Assembly (NCBI GenBank): GCA_964410505.1 | Contig: CAYPGR010000004.1 | Coordinates: forward strand, 20,576-84,575 | Origin: an uncultured Staphylococcaceae bacterium | GTDB lineage: Bacteria; Bacillota_I; Bacilli_A; RFN20; CAG-826 | DNA: 64,000 nucleotides | Reading direction: 5' to 3' | Shown here: positions 39,269 through 47,830 of the stretch, piece by piece | Layout of the letters: every line of letters begins with the position of its first letter | How positions within the stretch are numbered: position 1 is the first letter of the stretch | Made by a program: the position numbers and the translations under genes | The notes under the pieces: generated by a model | Told to the model about the DNA's origin: nothing | The model's input: only the letters and a program-made list of their open reading frames with translations | Database searches by the model: none

Positions 39269-40848
39269 TGAAAAAAATAAGTTTTTTAATCCTTGCCTTG
39301 TTAGTGAGCGGTTGTACCCCAACTTCTAGTGCAAGTAGTGATGCAATCACAAGTTTGCCGTCAGAAAGCACAAGTGAGACTAGTAGCAGCCAATCCTCAA
39401 GCGAAGGATTAACCACAAGTGATATCACTTCAACAACTGAATCCTCCTCCCTCACTAGTAGCGAAGAAAGTTCAATCCCTAGTTCAAGTGAAGATACTAG
39501 AACAGGAATGAGGAAATTGAATTTCTATGGAATCAATGATTTCCATGGTGCGGTAATCGAGTCAAGTACTGAACCGGGCATCTTTAAGTTAGGGAGTTAT
39601 TTAAAAACCCAATACGCGAAAAATCCTGAAGGATCAATTTTTATCAATGCTGGTGATTTTTGGCAAGGAAGCGCTGACTCAAATATCAATAAAGGCGCTT
39701 TTTTAACTGAAGCGATGAATGTTTTGGATTTAGATGCCTTTACCCTTGGTAATCACGAATTCGACTGGTTTGATGTGGCGATTGAAGCAAATAAAGCACG
39801 CGCTTCTTATCCCTTTTTAGGGGCGAATGTCATCAAAAAGGAAACCAACGCGATTGCAACGAACCTTGTCCACTATGATGACACCTTTAAAGCGAGTGTC
39901 ATTGTCGAAAAAAATGATGTAAAAGTTGGGATTGTTGGAACAACAGGATCAACCCTCGAGGGCTCAATTTTAGGTACCTCCATTGCCCCTTATTCCTTTA
40001 ATCCAGTAGATACTTATATTCGCAGTGAAGTCGCAAACTTGCGGGCGCTTGGCGCAGATGTGATTGCGTTAAGTACCCATGATTCACTTTATGGTTCAAT
40101 AGGTGAATATACAGGGATTATCAATGATCGCTTAGTCGATGTTATTTTTACTGGCCACGCCCATGCGCAACATAATGAAAAAATAAATGGTATTCCAGTC
40201 TTACAAACGAATGGTTATGGCAAACAAGTTATGGAAGTTGATGCTTTTTATGACTTTGACGAAAAATCCTTCTTGGTTGAAGCAACTCGACTCCAAACCG
40301 CAAATATCATTAAGGAATTTAGTGAAGATCAGGAACTTCTTAATCTATTTAATGAGGATTATTTAGATGAAATAAGTATTATAAAAAATGAAGTTGTCGG
40401 GACATTAACGACAGATATTTCGAAACCAGGCCTTGTGAATATGGCCAATCAATTAATGTTTGAATTTGCTTCTTCTGATTTCGGGCTCACTGATGTGGTT
40501 GCTGTTCATAACCTTGGGGGCGTCCGTGTGGATTTTGGCTTACCTGCGGGTGAAGTGACATATGGTGACATTTATCGGGCTTTTCCGTTTGATAATGAAG
40601 TGATGATTATTGAAAATATGAGTGGATCTGAAATTGCGAGTTTTATAGGAAGATCCAATTATTCTCTCCCTGCAAAATCGACACTCCTTAGTTCTAAAAT
40701 GTATAATTTAGTGACCATTGATTATCTGAGTTTTTATGAATATTCTAATACCATAAATTATGATCAAACACATACCCATCAATTTGTAAGGGAGATGGTT
40801 GCCGATTTATTCCGTGCTGAGCAAACGATTAATGGATCTAGCTATTAA
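39268..40848 (+). CDS. Lipoprotein, 5'-nucleotidase family, paralogue with Ser/Thr-rich linker
   Basis: Lipobox LVSGC, a ~70-aa S/T/E-rich low-complexity linker, then GNHEFD. It is a tandem paralogue of the preceding gene. Confidence 0.8.
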   Translation: MKKISFLILALLVSGCTPTSSASSDAITSLPSESTSETSSSQSSSEGLTTSDITSTTESSSLTSSEESSIPSSSEDTRTGMRKLNFYGINDFHGAVIESSTEPGIFKLGSYLKTQYAKNPEGSIFINAGDFWQGSADSNINKGAFLTEAMNVLDLDAFTLGNHEFDWFDVAIEANKARASYPFLGANVIKKETNAIATNLVHYDDTFKASVIVEKNDVKVGIVGTTGSTLEGSILGTSIAPYSFNPVDTYIRSEVANLRALGADVIALSTHDSLYGSIGEYTGIINDRLVDVIFTGHAHAQHNEKINGIPVLQTNGYGKQVMEVDAFYDFDEKSFLVEATRLQTANIIKEFSEDQELLNLFNEDYLDEISIIKNEVVGTLTTDISKPGLVNMANQLMFEFASSDFGLTDVVAVHNLGGVRVDFGLPAGEVTYGDIYRAFPFDNEVMIIENMSGSEIASFIGRSNYSLPAKSTLLSSKMYNLVTIDYLSFYEYSNTINYDQTHTHQFVREMVADLFRAEQTINGSSY

Positions 40849-40871
40849 TTGATCTATGTATTTTTCTTAAA

Positions 40872-40900
40872 AAAGAGGCCTACCCTAGACCTCTTTTTTA
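40872..40900. terminator. Bidirectional terminator between the convergent nucleotidase and nfu genes
   Basis: AAAAAAGAGGcctaccctagaCCTCTTTTTT. Confidence 0.5.
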
Positions 40901-40918
40901 TATCACGTTGGGGATTAA

Positions 40919-41224
40919 TTAAACAAGCATGACACCAAGGACACCGGGAACTTCTTCCATAAGTAGTTCCTCTATGCCGTATTCAAGGGTTTCATCGACA
41001 AACGCACAGCCATCACAAGCACCAGTCATTTTTATGTAGACAAAACCATCTTCATAGCGGACAAATTCTATGTCTCCACCATGGCTTCGAATATATGGTT
41101 TGATGCGGTTTAAGAGCACCTTAATCGTGTTTTCAGTGTGTAGTAAATCTTCCATGGCAATAGTATAACAAATGTGGGTTGTAATTTCATAAAATACATC
41201 TATAAAAATTGGATTTACGTTCAT
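40919..41224 (-). CDS. NifU-like (Nfu) Fe-S cluster assembly domain protein
   Basis: C-terminal Nfu domain with GACDGC. The N-terminal 23 aa may not be translated; an alternative start lies at 41155. Confidence 0.6.
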   Translation of the reverse strand: MNVNPIFIDVFYEITTHICYTIAMEDLLHTENTIKVLLNRIKPYIRSHGGDIEFVRYEDGFVYIKMTGACDGCAFVDETLEYGIEELLMEEVPGVLGVMLV

Positions 41225-41297
41225 TTAGCGGCGATGATTTCTCCGACATCATTTAAGTGGATAAATTTGATATCATTGAAGAGAAAAGAGGACAAAT

Positions 41298-42299
41298 ATG
41301 GAAATCTTTAAAGCAGGTCAAATTCATAACTTAACGTTAAGAAACAAAATTATGATGGCTCCGATGTGTATGTATGAAAGTGATGCTAGTGGTGTCGTGA
41401 AACCGTTTCATATGGCCCATTATGTAGCGCGTGGATATGGCGGGGTCGGCCTTGTTATTCAAGAAGCAACAGCGGTATTGAAAAATGGCCGCATTAGTGC
41501 GAATGATCTTGGCATCTGGGCTGATGAACACGTTGAAGGACTCAAAAACCTCGTCTCTTTCGTGCATACGTCTGGGGCAAAAATGGGGATTCAACTTGGA
41601 CATGCAGGCCGAAAATGCGGGGTCCAGCATGATCGTATAATAGCCCCAAGTGCGATGGCATTTAGTGACCGTTATGCTACCCCAGTCGCTCTTGACAAAA
41701 CGGAAATTGAACTTATTATTAAAGCCTTTGGGAATGCTGCAAGACGGGCCATCGTCGCCGGTTACGATTATATCGAAGTGCATGCCGCACATGGGTATTT
41801 GATTAATCAATTTCTCTCCCCTTTAACGAATAAAAGAACCGACGATTATGGCGGTTCATTAACCAATCGCGTCCGTTTTCTAAAAGAAATATTACTCGAA
41901 ATTCGTCAATACTGGTCTGGCCCAGTTGCAGTCCGGGTGAGTGCTGAAGAATATAGTGAAAATGGTCACCATCCGCTAGATACAGTTAAGGTATTAGAAG
42001 AAGTCCGCGATCTGATTGATATTGTTAATGTATCATCTGGGGGTGTCGTTCCAGTTGTTCCACCTGTTTACCCAGGATACCAAATTCCTTTTGCGAAAGT
42101 CATCAAGGAAGCGGGTTTTAAAGTAATAGGTGGTGGCCTCCTTGAAGGGGTGCCGATGATGAATCAAATCCTCAAAGAAAAACAATTTGATTTCATTTAT
42201 TTGGGACGGGAACTATTGCTTAATCCCTATTTTGTGATTAAAGAAGCCAAGAAAATAGATCATGAACAAGCATTAAATGCATATAAACGTGGTTTTTAG
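41298..42299 (+). CDS. namA: NADPH dehydrogenase / Old Yellow Enzyme (YqjM/NamA-like)
   Basis: MEIFKAGQIHNLTLRNKIMMAPMCMYES...HAAHGYLINQFLSP in a 333-aa protein. Confidence 0.85.
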   Translation: MEIFKAGQIHNLTLRNKIMMAPMCMYESDASGVVKPFHMAHYVARGYGGVGLVIQEATAVLKNGRISANDLGIWADEHVEGLKNLVSFVHTSGAKMGIQLGHAGRKCGVQHDRIIAPSAMAFSDRYATPVALDKTEIELIIKAFGNAARRAIVAGYDYIEVHAAHGYLINQFLSPLTNKRTDDYGGSLTNRVRFLKEILLEIRQYWSGPVAVRVSAEEYSENGHHPLDTVKVLEEVRDLIDIVNVSSGGVVPVVPPVYPGYQIPFAKVIKEAGFKVIGGGLLEGVPMMNQILKEKQFDFIYLGRELLLNPYFVIKEAKKIDHEQALNAYKRGF

Positions 42300-42348
42300 G
42301 TGAAATTTGTCATAATCATTTATGAGAGAAAATGGAGGATGATTCACA

Positions 42349-42876
42349 ATGAAAAACTCAATTTATGACCTGAGTGTCAAGCGTGTCGACGGTAGTGAAC
42401 AATCATTAAAAGCGTACGAAGGAAAAGTCTTATTGATCTTTAACTCTGCCACTAAATGCGGCTTTACGGTCCAATATGATGCGATTGAAGCCCTACACGA
42501 AAAATACCATGGTCAAGGGTTAGAAGTGCTTGATTTTCCATCCAATCAATTCATGAACCAAGCACCAGGCACAAGTGAACAAATTGCGACTTATTGTCGA
42601 GTAACCTTTAATACAAAATTTGAAACTTTTCAAAAAATTAATGTAAATGGTAAAGATCAAAGTCCGCTTTTCGCCTTTTTAAAAGCAGCGCAACCACAAG
42701 ACTTTCCCCTACGGAAACGCTCCTTTATTCAAAAACTATTCCGCAAAAAAGAAGATATCTCTTGGAACTTTACAAAATTTTTAGTGGATCGACAAGGTCA
42801 TGTTGTTAAGCGATATGCGCCCCGGATCAAGCCCGAAGATATGGAAGCCGATATTGTCACACTGTTACAGAAGTAG
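42349..42876 (+). CDS. gpx: Glutathione peroxidase-family protein
   Basis: Active-site NSATKCGFT and FPSNQF motifs. Confidence 0.85.
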   Translation: MKNSIYDLSVKRVDGSEQSLKAYEGKVLLIFNSATKCGFTVQYDAIEALHEKYHGQGLEVLDFPSNQFMNQAPGTSEQIATYCRVTFNTKFETFQKINVNGKDQSPLFAFLKAAQPQDFPLRKRSFIQKLFRKKEDISWNFTKFLVDRQGHVVKRYAPRIKPEDMEADIVTLLQK

Positions 42877-42891
42877 TTACAATTTATCATA

Positions 42892-42922
42892 AAAAAAGCT
42901 CACGATATGTGAGCTTTTATTT
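42892..42922 (+). terminator. Rho-independent terminator after gpx
   Basis: AGCTCAC-gatatg-TGAGCT followed by TTTTATTTT. Confidence 0.6.
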
Positions 42923-42983
42923 TGTGGATGGTGCCCGGGGCCGGACTTGAACCGGCACGGTGTCGCCACCGCAGGATTTTAAG
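42920..42983 (-). repeat. Direct repeat: 64-bp perfect copy of the 3' portion (anticodon loop to CCA) of the tRNA-Leu(UAA) gene at 44176..44239; attL/attR-like
   Basis: Identical string TTTTGTGGATGGTGCCCGGGGCCGGACTTGAACCGGCACGGTGTCGCCACCGCAGGATTTTAAG occurs at both sites. The two copies diverge immediately afterwards. Confidence 0.75.
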
Positions 42984-43143
42984 ACTGTTGGTTATTCGCA
43001 ACTTCAAAAAATAGCAAACTTAACCAAACCACAAAATATATCGCATTTAAAACAATTTACAGTCTTAATTTGTAGAAGAACAAATTTCTAATGTTTGATT
43101 AAGTATGTTAAAATAAAAATACTATGTATTTGAGGAACACCAA

Positions 43144-43962
43144 ATGTTTAAAGAATTTTTGAATGATCGTGTAGATCTACCTAAACTAAAACGTTTTGCA
43201 ATTTTAGGCAACTCTAAAACCAACGACTTTGAGAGAAAATTAGATTATTTAATTAATGTTGCGGAAAAAGAAAATTGGGATCAAACCGACATTCACACTG
43301 GAAGGAAAAATTCCACCATTTTTTATTATATTGTTCATACGTTTGATCGAATTCATACTCAAAAAAAGATCTATTTTGACGATAATTATGAAAATTCCTT
43401 TTTCAACACAGGTTTGATGGACAGTCAAGGCAATGAAATTCTCGGTCACTTTACTAAATCCACCTTTCACAAGGAAGGAGATGCTTCTAGTAACTATTGG
43501 TATTTTAAAGCTTTTCTAAAGTCAAATGATAAGGACTTTGTTCGACTTTGTAAAACAAAGCCGGAACCCGCAACCTATTTTGATGACTACAACGAATTAT
43601 ATTTTGATCCAAAATTAAATATTGAAATAAATTTCGATCATATTTATGACGATAATTTCATTCGATTACCCGATTCATTAAAAACATTAGACAAGGAAAT
43701 GGCTAGAATGGTTTTTGATGGATTTCTTTCATTCACAAAAAAGAAGATTATTAGAAACAACCGTATACCGGTCCCTCAATTTTACGATAATAAAATAACC
43801 TTTTTAATCCCCGTCAAAATATTTGACAAGGATACTGTTGTAATTGCATTAGAAAAAATCAACAATAGCTATATAGCAAATACTGTTTTAACAATGGGCA
43901 TGGCTTACAACTGCGCGCGGCTAATAACAAAGCCCGAAAGCAATTGGCTGCTTATTGACTAA
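43144..43962 (+). CDS. Hypothetical protein (272 aa), orphan cargo of the tRNA-Leu islet
   Basis: GAGGA RBS 8 nt upstream of the ATG and a dedicated terminator at 44110..44148. Soluble, Asp/Asn/Phe/Tyr/Lys-rich, with no recognised catalytic motif. Confidence 0.6.
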   Translation: MFKEFLNDRVDLPKLKRFAILGNSKTNDFERKLDYLINVAEKENWDQTDIHTGRKNSTIFYYIVHTFDRIHTQKKIYFDDNYENSFFNTGLMDSQGNEILGHFTKSTFHKEGDASSNYWYFKAFLKSNDKDFVRLCKTKPEPATYFDDYNELYFDPKLNIEINFDHIYDDNFIRLPDSLKTLDKEMARMVFDGFLSFTKKKIIRNNRIPVPQFYDNKITFLIPVKIFDKDTVVIALEKINNSYIANTVLTMGMAYNCARLITKPESNWLLID

Positions 43963-44109
43963 TTATTTGTATTTTTGTTTACAATAAAAATAATATTTGA
44001 TAGTATTAATACATCATCAGTTAAACAACAATATAAGACATTAAAATAATTAAAATAATTTATACTGATGATAAAAATACATACGACTCTTACATATTAC
44101 AAACACATA

Positions 44110-44148
44110 AGGGAGCATCAAACAATTAGATGCTCTTTTTCTTTTTTT
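44110..44148 (+). terminator. Rho-independent terminator for the islet gene
   Basis: GAGCATC-aaacaatta-GATGCTC followed by TTTTTCTTTTTTT. Confidence 0.5.
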
Positions 44149-44180
44149 AAAAAAACAAGCCGTTAGGCTTGTCTTTTTTG
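44148..44180 (-). terminator. Terminator of the minus-strand tRNA operon (bidirectional hairpin)
   Basis: CAAGCC-gtta-GGCTTG flanked by an A-run and a T-run, directly 3' of tRNA-Leu. Confidence 0.5.
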
Positions 44181-44271
44181 TGGATGGTGCCCGGGGCCGG
44201 ACTTGAACCGGCACGGTGTCGCCACCGCAGGATTTTAAGTCCTGTGCGTCTACCTGTTCCGCCACCTGGGC
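44181..44271 (-). tRNA. tRNA-Leu (anticodon UAA), long variable arm, CCA encoded
   Basis: Reverse complement is GCCCAGGTGGCGGAACAGGTAGACGC...CTTAAAATC...GGTTCAAGTCCGGCCCCGGGCACCA. There is one A.C mismatch in the acceptor stem. Confidence 0.85.
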
Positions 44272-44278
44272 ATCTAAA

Positions 44279-44354
44279 TGGTCTCCCGTGTAAGACTCGA
44301 ACTTACGACCCTTTGATTAAAAGTCAAATGCTCTACCACTGAGCTAACGGGAGA
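44279..44354 (-). tRNA. tRNA-Lys (anticodon UUU)
   Basis: Reverse complement is TCTCCCGTTAGCTCAGTGGTAGAGCATTTGACTTTTAATCAAAGGGTCGTAAGTTCGAGTCTTACACGGGAGACCA. Confidence 0.85.
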
Positions 44355-44356
44355 TT

Positions 44357-44432
44357 TGGCTGGGGCACCTAGATTCGAACTAGGGAGATGACAGAGTCAA
44401 AGTCTGTTGCCTTACCGCTTGGCTATGCCCCA
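44357..44432 (-). tRNA. tRNA-Gln (anticodon UUG)
   Basis: Reverse complement is TGGGGCATAGCCAAGCGGTAAGGCAACAGACTTTGACTCTGTCATCTCCCTAGTTCGAATCTAGGTGCCCCAGCCA. Confidence 0.85.
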
Positions 44433-44439
44433 ACACGGA

Positions 44440-44523
44440 TGGTGGGGGAGGGCGGATTTGAACCACCGAACCCTAAGGAACTGATTTACAGTCAGCCGCG
44501 TTTGACCACTTCGCTACTCCCCC
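44440..44523 (-). tRNA. tRNA-Tyr (anticodon GUA), long variable arm
   Basis: Reverse complement is GGGGGAGTAGCGAAGTGGTCAAACGCGGCTGACTGTAAATCAGTTCCTTAGGGTTCGGTGGTTCAAATCCGCCCTCCCCCACCA. Confidence 0.85.
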
Positions 44524-44545
44524 AAGCAATTTTGCATAAAATAAA

Positions 44546-44621
44546 TGGTGGATGGTGAGGGGTTTGAACCCCCGACCTCCGCCGTGTAAAGGCGATGCTC
44601 TCCCAGCTGAGCTAACCATCC
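44546..44621 (-). tRNA. tRNA-Val (anticodon UAC)
   Basis: Reverse complement is GGATGGTTAGCTCAGCTGGGAGAGCATCGCCTTTACACGGCGGAGGTCGGGGGTTCAAACCCCTCACCATCCACCA. Confidence 0.8.
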
Positions 44622-44649
44622 GGGTCAGGTCGCTAATTTATGCTTATTT

Positions 44650-44678
44650 AGTCTATCACTTGAACGTTTTTTAGTCAA
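44650..44678 (-). promoter_or_regulatory. Sigma-A-type promoter of the tRNA Val-Tyr-Gln-Lys-Leu operon
   Basis: On the minus strand, TTGACT-17 nt-TAGACT lies ~25 nt upstream of tRNA-Val. Confidence 0.45.
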
Positions 44679-44701
44679 CAAATAATGCTACTAATCAGAC
44701 A

Positions 44702-45985
44702 TTAATTATAGCCAGGTTTCCCTAAAAGCTTGAACATATTTCGTTTGTACACTTCAACCCCAGGTTGATCGAATGGATTGATATCTAAAAGGTAAGCACT
44801 AACCGCACAGGAGCGCATAAAGAAATAGAACATATAACCTAATGTTTTGGCATTTAAGCGTGGAATTTCAAAAATTAGATTAGGCACTTTACCTTCATTC
44901 ACGTGGGCACTTAAAGTCCCTAAAAATGCTTGTTTATTAACGTAACTTAGGTTTTTTCCAGCAAGATAATTGAGTTCATCTAGATCTTCTTTTTCTAATG
45001 GGACGATCACATCTTCTGCGGGTTCGTCAATATAGAGAATCGTTTCAAAAAGGATGGGCGAGCCATCTTGGATAAATTGGCCTAAACTATGGAGATCGGT
45101 TGAGAACGTAACGGATGCTGGGAATAACCCCTTTTTCTCTTTTCCTTCGCTTTCACCATAGAGTTGCTTAAGCCATTCATTAATCATTGCATATTGAGGT
45201 TCATAGACAACATAGAGCTCACTCTTAAAGTTATGGCGGTACATGTGGTCGCGAATAATCGCGTATTTATATAAATCGTGGTTTAGATTGTCAATGCTCT
45301 CTAAACGGGCTTTTTGGGCTCCTTCCATTAAGTCATCAATGTTGATCCCTGCGACCGCGAGGGGGAGAAGTCCGACTGCCGTTAAGACGCTATAACGACC
45401 GCCAATATCACTTGGTAAAGTGAATGTTTCATAGTGATTGTCCGTTGCTAGTTTACGAAGCGCACCACTTTTCGCATCAGTTGTTGCAAAGATGGCTTGA
45501 TTGGCTTTTGTTAGACCAACTTTTCCGATCAAGAGATTCTTTAATAGACGAAAGGCAATGCTTGTTTCGGTGGTTGTACCACTTTTTGAAATGACGTTAA
45601 TTGCAAATTTTTTATTTTTTAAATAAGCCAAGGTTTGTGCAGTAAGCGTTGGGGAAAAAGTATGGCCAAGAAATATTATTTCTATCCCATTATTTGGGAG
45701 GAGACCATTGATCGCTTCGATTGCGGCCCGAGCCCCAAGGTAAGAACCACCAATACCGGTGACAACCAACGTATCGTAGTTTTCACGGATTTTTTTCGCA
45801 ACCGCTTTAATTTTAGTGAATTCGGTTTGATCATAATTGATTGGCCAATCAGCCCACCCTAAATAATCATGACCACGTCCCGATTTTTCATTGATACTTT
45901 TGTTAATTTCCTTGACGACATCTTTATAGGTCGCAAAGTCAATGGTATTTAATAAGTGGTTAGTGTTAAGTTTAATCATGTTCAA
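44702..45985 (-). CDS. pgi: Glucose-6-phosphate isomerase
   Basis: Firmicute-type Pgi of 427 aa with SIS domains. Confidence 0.9.
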   Translation of the reverse strand: MNMIKLNTNHLLNTIDFATYKDVVKEINKSINEKSGRGHDYLGWADWPINYDQTEFTKIKAVAKKIRENYDTLVVTGIGGSYLGARAAIEAINGLLPNNGIEIIFLGHTFSPTLTAQTLAYLKNKKFAINVISKSGTTTETSIAFRLLKNLLIGKVGLTKANQAIFATTDAKSGALRKLATDNHYETFTLPSDIGGRYSVLTAVGLLPLAVAGINIDDLMEGAQKARLESIDNLNHDLYKYAIIRDHMYRHNFKSELYVVYEPQYAMINEWLKQLYGESEGKEKKGLFPASVTFSTDLHSLGQFIQDGSPILFETILYIDEPAEDVIVPLEKEDLDELNYLAGKNLSYVNKQAFLGTLSAHVNEGKVPNLIFEIPRLNAKTLGYMFYFFMRSCAVSAYLLDINPFDQPGVEVYKRNMFKLLGKPGYN

Positions 45986-46343
45986 TCTCCTTGATTGCCT
46001 CCTCGATCCATTGGGGGAGGGCTTTTTCTAGCGCTGTAAAATCAACTTGGATGGGATTTATTTTTGCAGTATTTTTATCCCGCATGAAAAGAATGCGTTC
46101 ATGATGGGGTACTGATTTAAGTGATAGTTTTAAAAACCCATTGAGGTCATCGATTTCAATAATTCGGACTCTGATATTTGCATTAACTTTTAAGTAAGTG
46201 TTTATATTACTAATATATGCATCACTGATTTGCTTAATATGTAAAAGTCCGGTTCGGTTTTCCGGAAAAGAAATAAGGGCACCATAAGGACGAATGTCAG
46301 TGATGGTTCCTTCTACAACGGCATTTAGAACAAATTTATTCAT
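45972..46343 (-). CDS. S1 RNA-binding domain protein (YugI/GSP13-like)
   Basis: Single S1 domain of 123 aa. It is adjacent to pgi, as yugI is in B. subtilis. Confidence 0.7.
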   Translation of the reverse strand: MNKFVLNAVVEGTITDIRPYGALISFPENRTGLLHIKQISDAYISNINTYLKVNANIRVRIIEIDDLNGFLKLSLKSVPHHERILFMRDKNTAKINPIQVDFTALEKALPQWIEEAIKEIEHD

Positions 46344-46344
46344 G

Positions 46345-47175
46345 TTAGTTTAAAATTTGTTTCTTCTTTTCAATTTGTTCGGCAACGTTTACTTGATCGA
46401 TAATTAGTTTAACAATCGAGGTGATATCTGACCGTTCACTATAGTCGGCTCGGGCAACAAAATTAACACGACCTTCGTTATAAAGGTATTCCACTTTTTC
46501 ACGCTCACCTTTAGGGTATACGGCAATGGAGTGTCCGCCATTTTGCTTCACAAGGAGCATGACGGGTACATCGGTCATTCCATCCCCAATGTAAATGATA
46601 TTACGATGTGGAATACGGTGGAGCGATTTACGGTTAACGGCGTTATCTTCAGTCGTATCAAGAACCCCTTTTGTAATACGGAAGTAGAACTGGGTTTTAG
46701 CCGTGTAGTTAATGGCTAATTTAGGCCAGACTGGTACTTTAGTTTCCGGATCAAAATAAAATTCACATCCAAAAATAGCCTTGAAGTGTTTGGCAATTTC
46801 CGATCCTTCAATAATTTCTTTGGTGCCGGAACTAACGAGGTAATGTTCAATCTTAATACCCTTCTTTTCGCCATATTGGTTGATACGGTCAAACCACGTT
46901 AAGACACCATCAAAGTATTTGAGGTCTTTGCCAAGATTAAACAAATATTCTTTGGTCAATTTGATGCCTTTTTCTCGGGCTTGGATAATCATCATGTACA
47001 TATAGGAAAGAATTCTTTCAACACCGGTTTTGTCACTAAATTTACCGGTTTCACCCCAGAATTCAGCGGGTGTCATACCAAGGGCTGGGATAAAACTATA
47101 GTTTTGCATATCTTCATGGGTGAGGGTTTTATCAAAGTCATAAATAATCGCGATAATCGGTTTGTCAGTGTTCAT
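46345..47175 (-). CDS. HAD-superfamily hydrolase
   Basis: HAD motif I IIYDFDKTLT and motif IV IGDGMTD. TTGACA-17-ATAAAAT promoter and GGAGG RBS upstream on the minus strand. Confidence 0.7.
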   Translation of the reverse strand: MNTDKPIIAIIYDFDKTLTHEDMQNYSFIPALGMTPAEFWGETGKFSDKTGVERILSYMYMMIIQAREKGIKLTKEYLFNLGKDLKYFDGVLTWFDRINQYGEKKGIKIEHYLVSSGTKEIIEGSEIAKHFKAIFGCEFYFDPETKVPVWPKLAINYTAKTQFYFRITKGVLDTTEDNAVNRKSLHRIPHRNIIYIGDGMTDVPVMLLVKQNGGHSIAVYPKGEREKVEYLYNEGRVNFVARADYSERSDITSIVKLIIDQVNVAEQIEKKKQILN

Positions 47176-47286
47176 AATATAAACCTCCGTTTATATTTTA
47201 TCATTTACATTGTGGTTTTGTCAAAAACGGGTACTTCGTACCCAAACCATTGCAAAATAGCCTTAATTTTGTGTTATAATCATTTT

Positions 47287-47760
47287 ATGTTATACGTAAG
47301 AATTACTATATTTGTGATTTTAATTGTCTATCTTGTGATGTCATTTTTCTTTGTTCATATCTCCCTTCGGTATTCGCAACAATTAAAGATGAGCCAAGAG
47401 AAAATATACAACCTTTTTGCTGGGCAATTCGCCCTTTTTAAGCTTCTTGCGAAAGAAATGAAGTGGAAACATCAAGATGAAGAGGATATCACACTCTTAC
47501 TTCAGGAAAGAAAGTTATCCGAACTCAATAAATTGGTTGGCGAGCGTGATCAAGCGCTTAGAATTGCTCTTAAAGAGAGTGGCGAATTATCACAACCCGT
47601 TTCAACAATCTTAAAAGGGATTGATGAAAATGTTACCTTAATCCGAAATGAAATCTATCGGCATAATAAAATTGTTGATAATATCAATGTTAATACTGAC
47701 TCCATCGTCTTCTCAATTTTTGTTGTCATTTTAAAATTGAAAAAATTGCCTAAAATTTAG
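47287..47760 (+). CDS. Hypothetical membrane-anchored coiled-coil protein
   Basis: 157 aa with an N-terminal TM then a charged helical region. Preceded by TTGCAA...TGTTATAAT. The ORF-track N-terminal extension (46981..) overlaps the HAD gene and is rejected. Confidence 0.4.
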   Translation: MLYVRITIFVILIVYLVMSFFFVHISLRYSQQLKMSQEKIYNLFAGQFALFKLLAKEMKWKHQDEEDITLLLQERKLSELNKLVGERDQALRIALKESGELSQPVSTILKGIDENVTLIRNEIYRHNKIVDNINVNTDSIVFSIFVVILKLKKLPKI

Positions 47761-47830
47761 TTATTATAATCGTTTTATTAATTAAACTAATGCTTTAGTA
47801 ATATAATTACTAAGGAAAGAAGGTTTTATT

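Larger units (their letters stand above)
42920..44239. mobile_element. Putative remnant integrative islet inserted in tRNA-Leu(UAA): ~1.2 kb, very AT-rich, one cargo gene, no integrase
   Basis: Bounded by 64-bp direct repeats of the tRNA 3' part. Internal sequence is far more AT-rich than its flanks. It contains a single ORF with its own promoter-like sequence, RBS and terminator. Confidence 0.35.

Noticed and set aside
41337-41810. 157-aa ORF antisense to namA
   Set aside because: It lies fully inside a well-conserved OYE gene on the other strand and has no RBS. It is a chance open frame.
44050-44265. 71-aa minus-strand ORF
   Set aside because: It runs through tRNA-Leu(UAA) and two terminator hairpins, so it is not coding.
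47226-47247. Perfect hairpin GGGTAC-ttcg-GTACCC next to a T-run on the minus strand
   Set aside because: It lies just upstream of the -35 of the HAD-gene promoter with no gene upstream on that strand to terminate. It is probably an insulating or incidental hairpin; it is noted but not called.
46981-47286. N-terminal extension of the ORF-track CDS 46981..47760
   Set aside because: The first ~100 codons overlap the minus-strand HAD gene and its promoter. A clean promoter (TTGCAA...TGTTATAAT) and TM-first start occur at 47287, so only 47287..47760 is kept.
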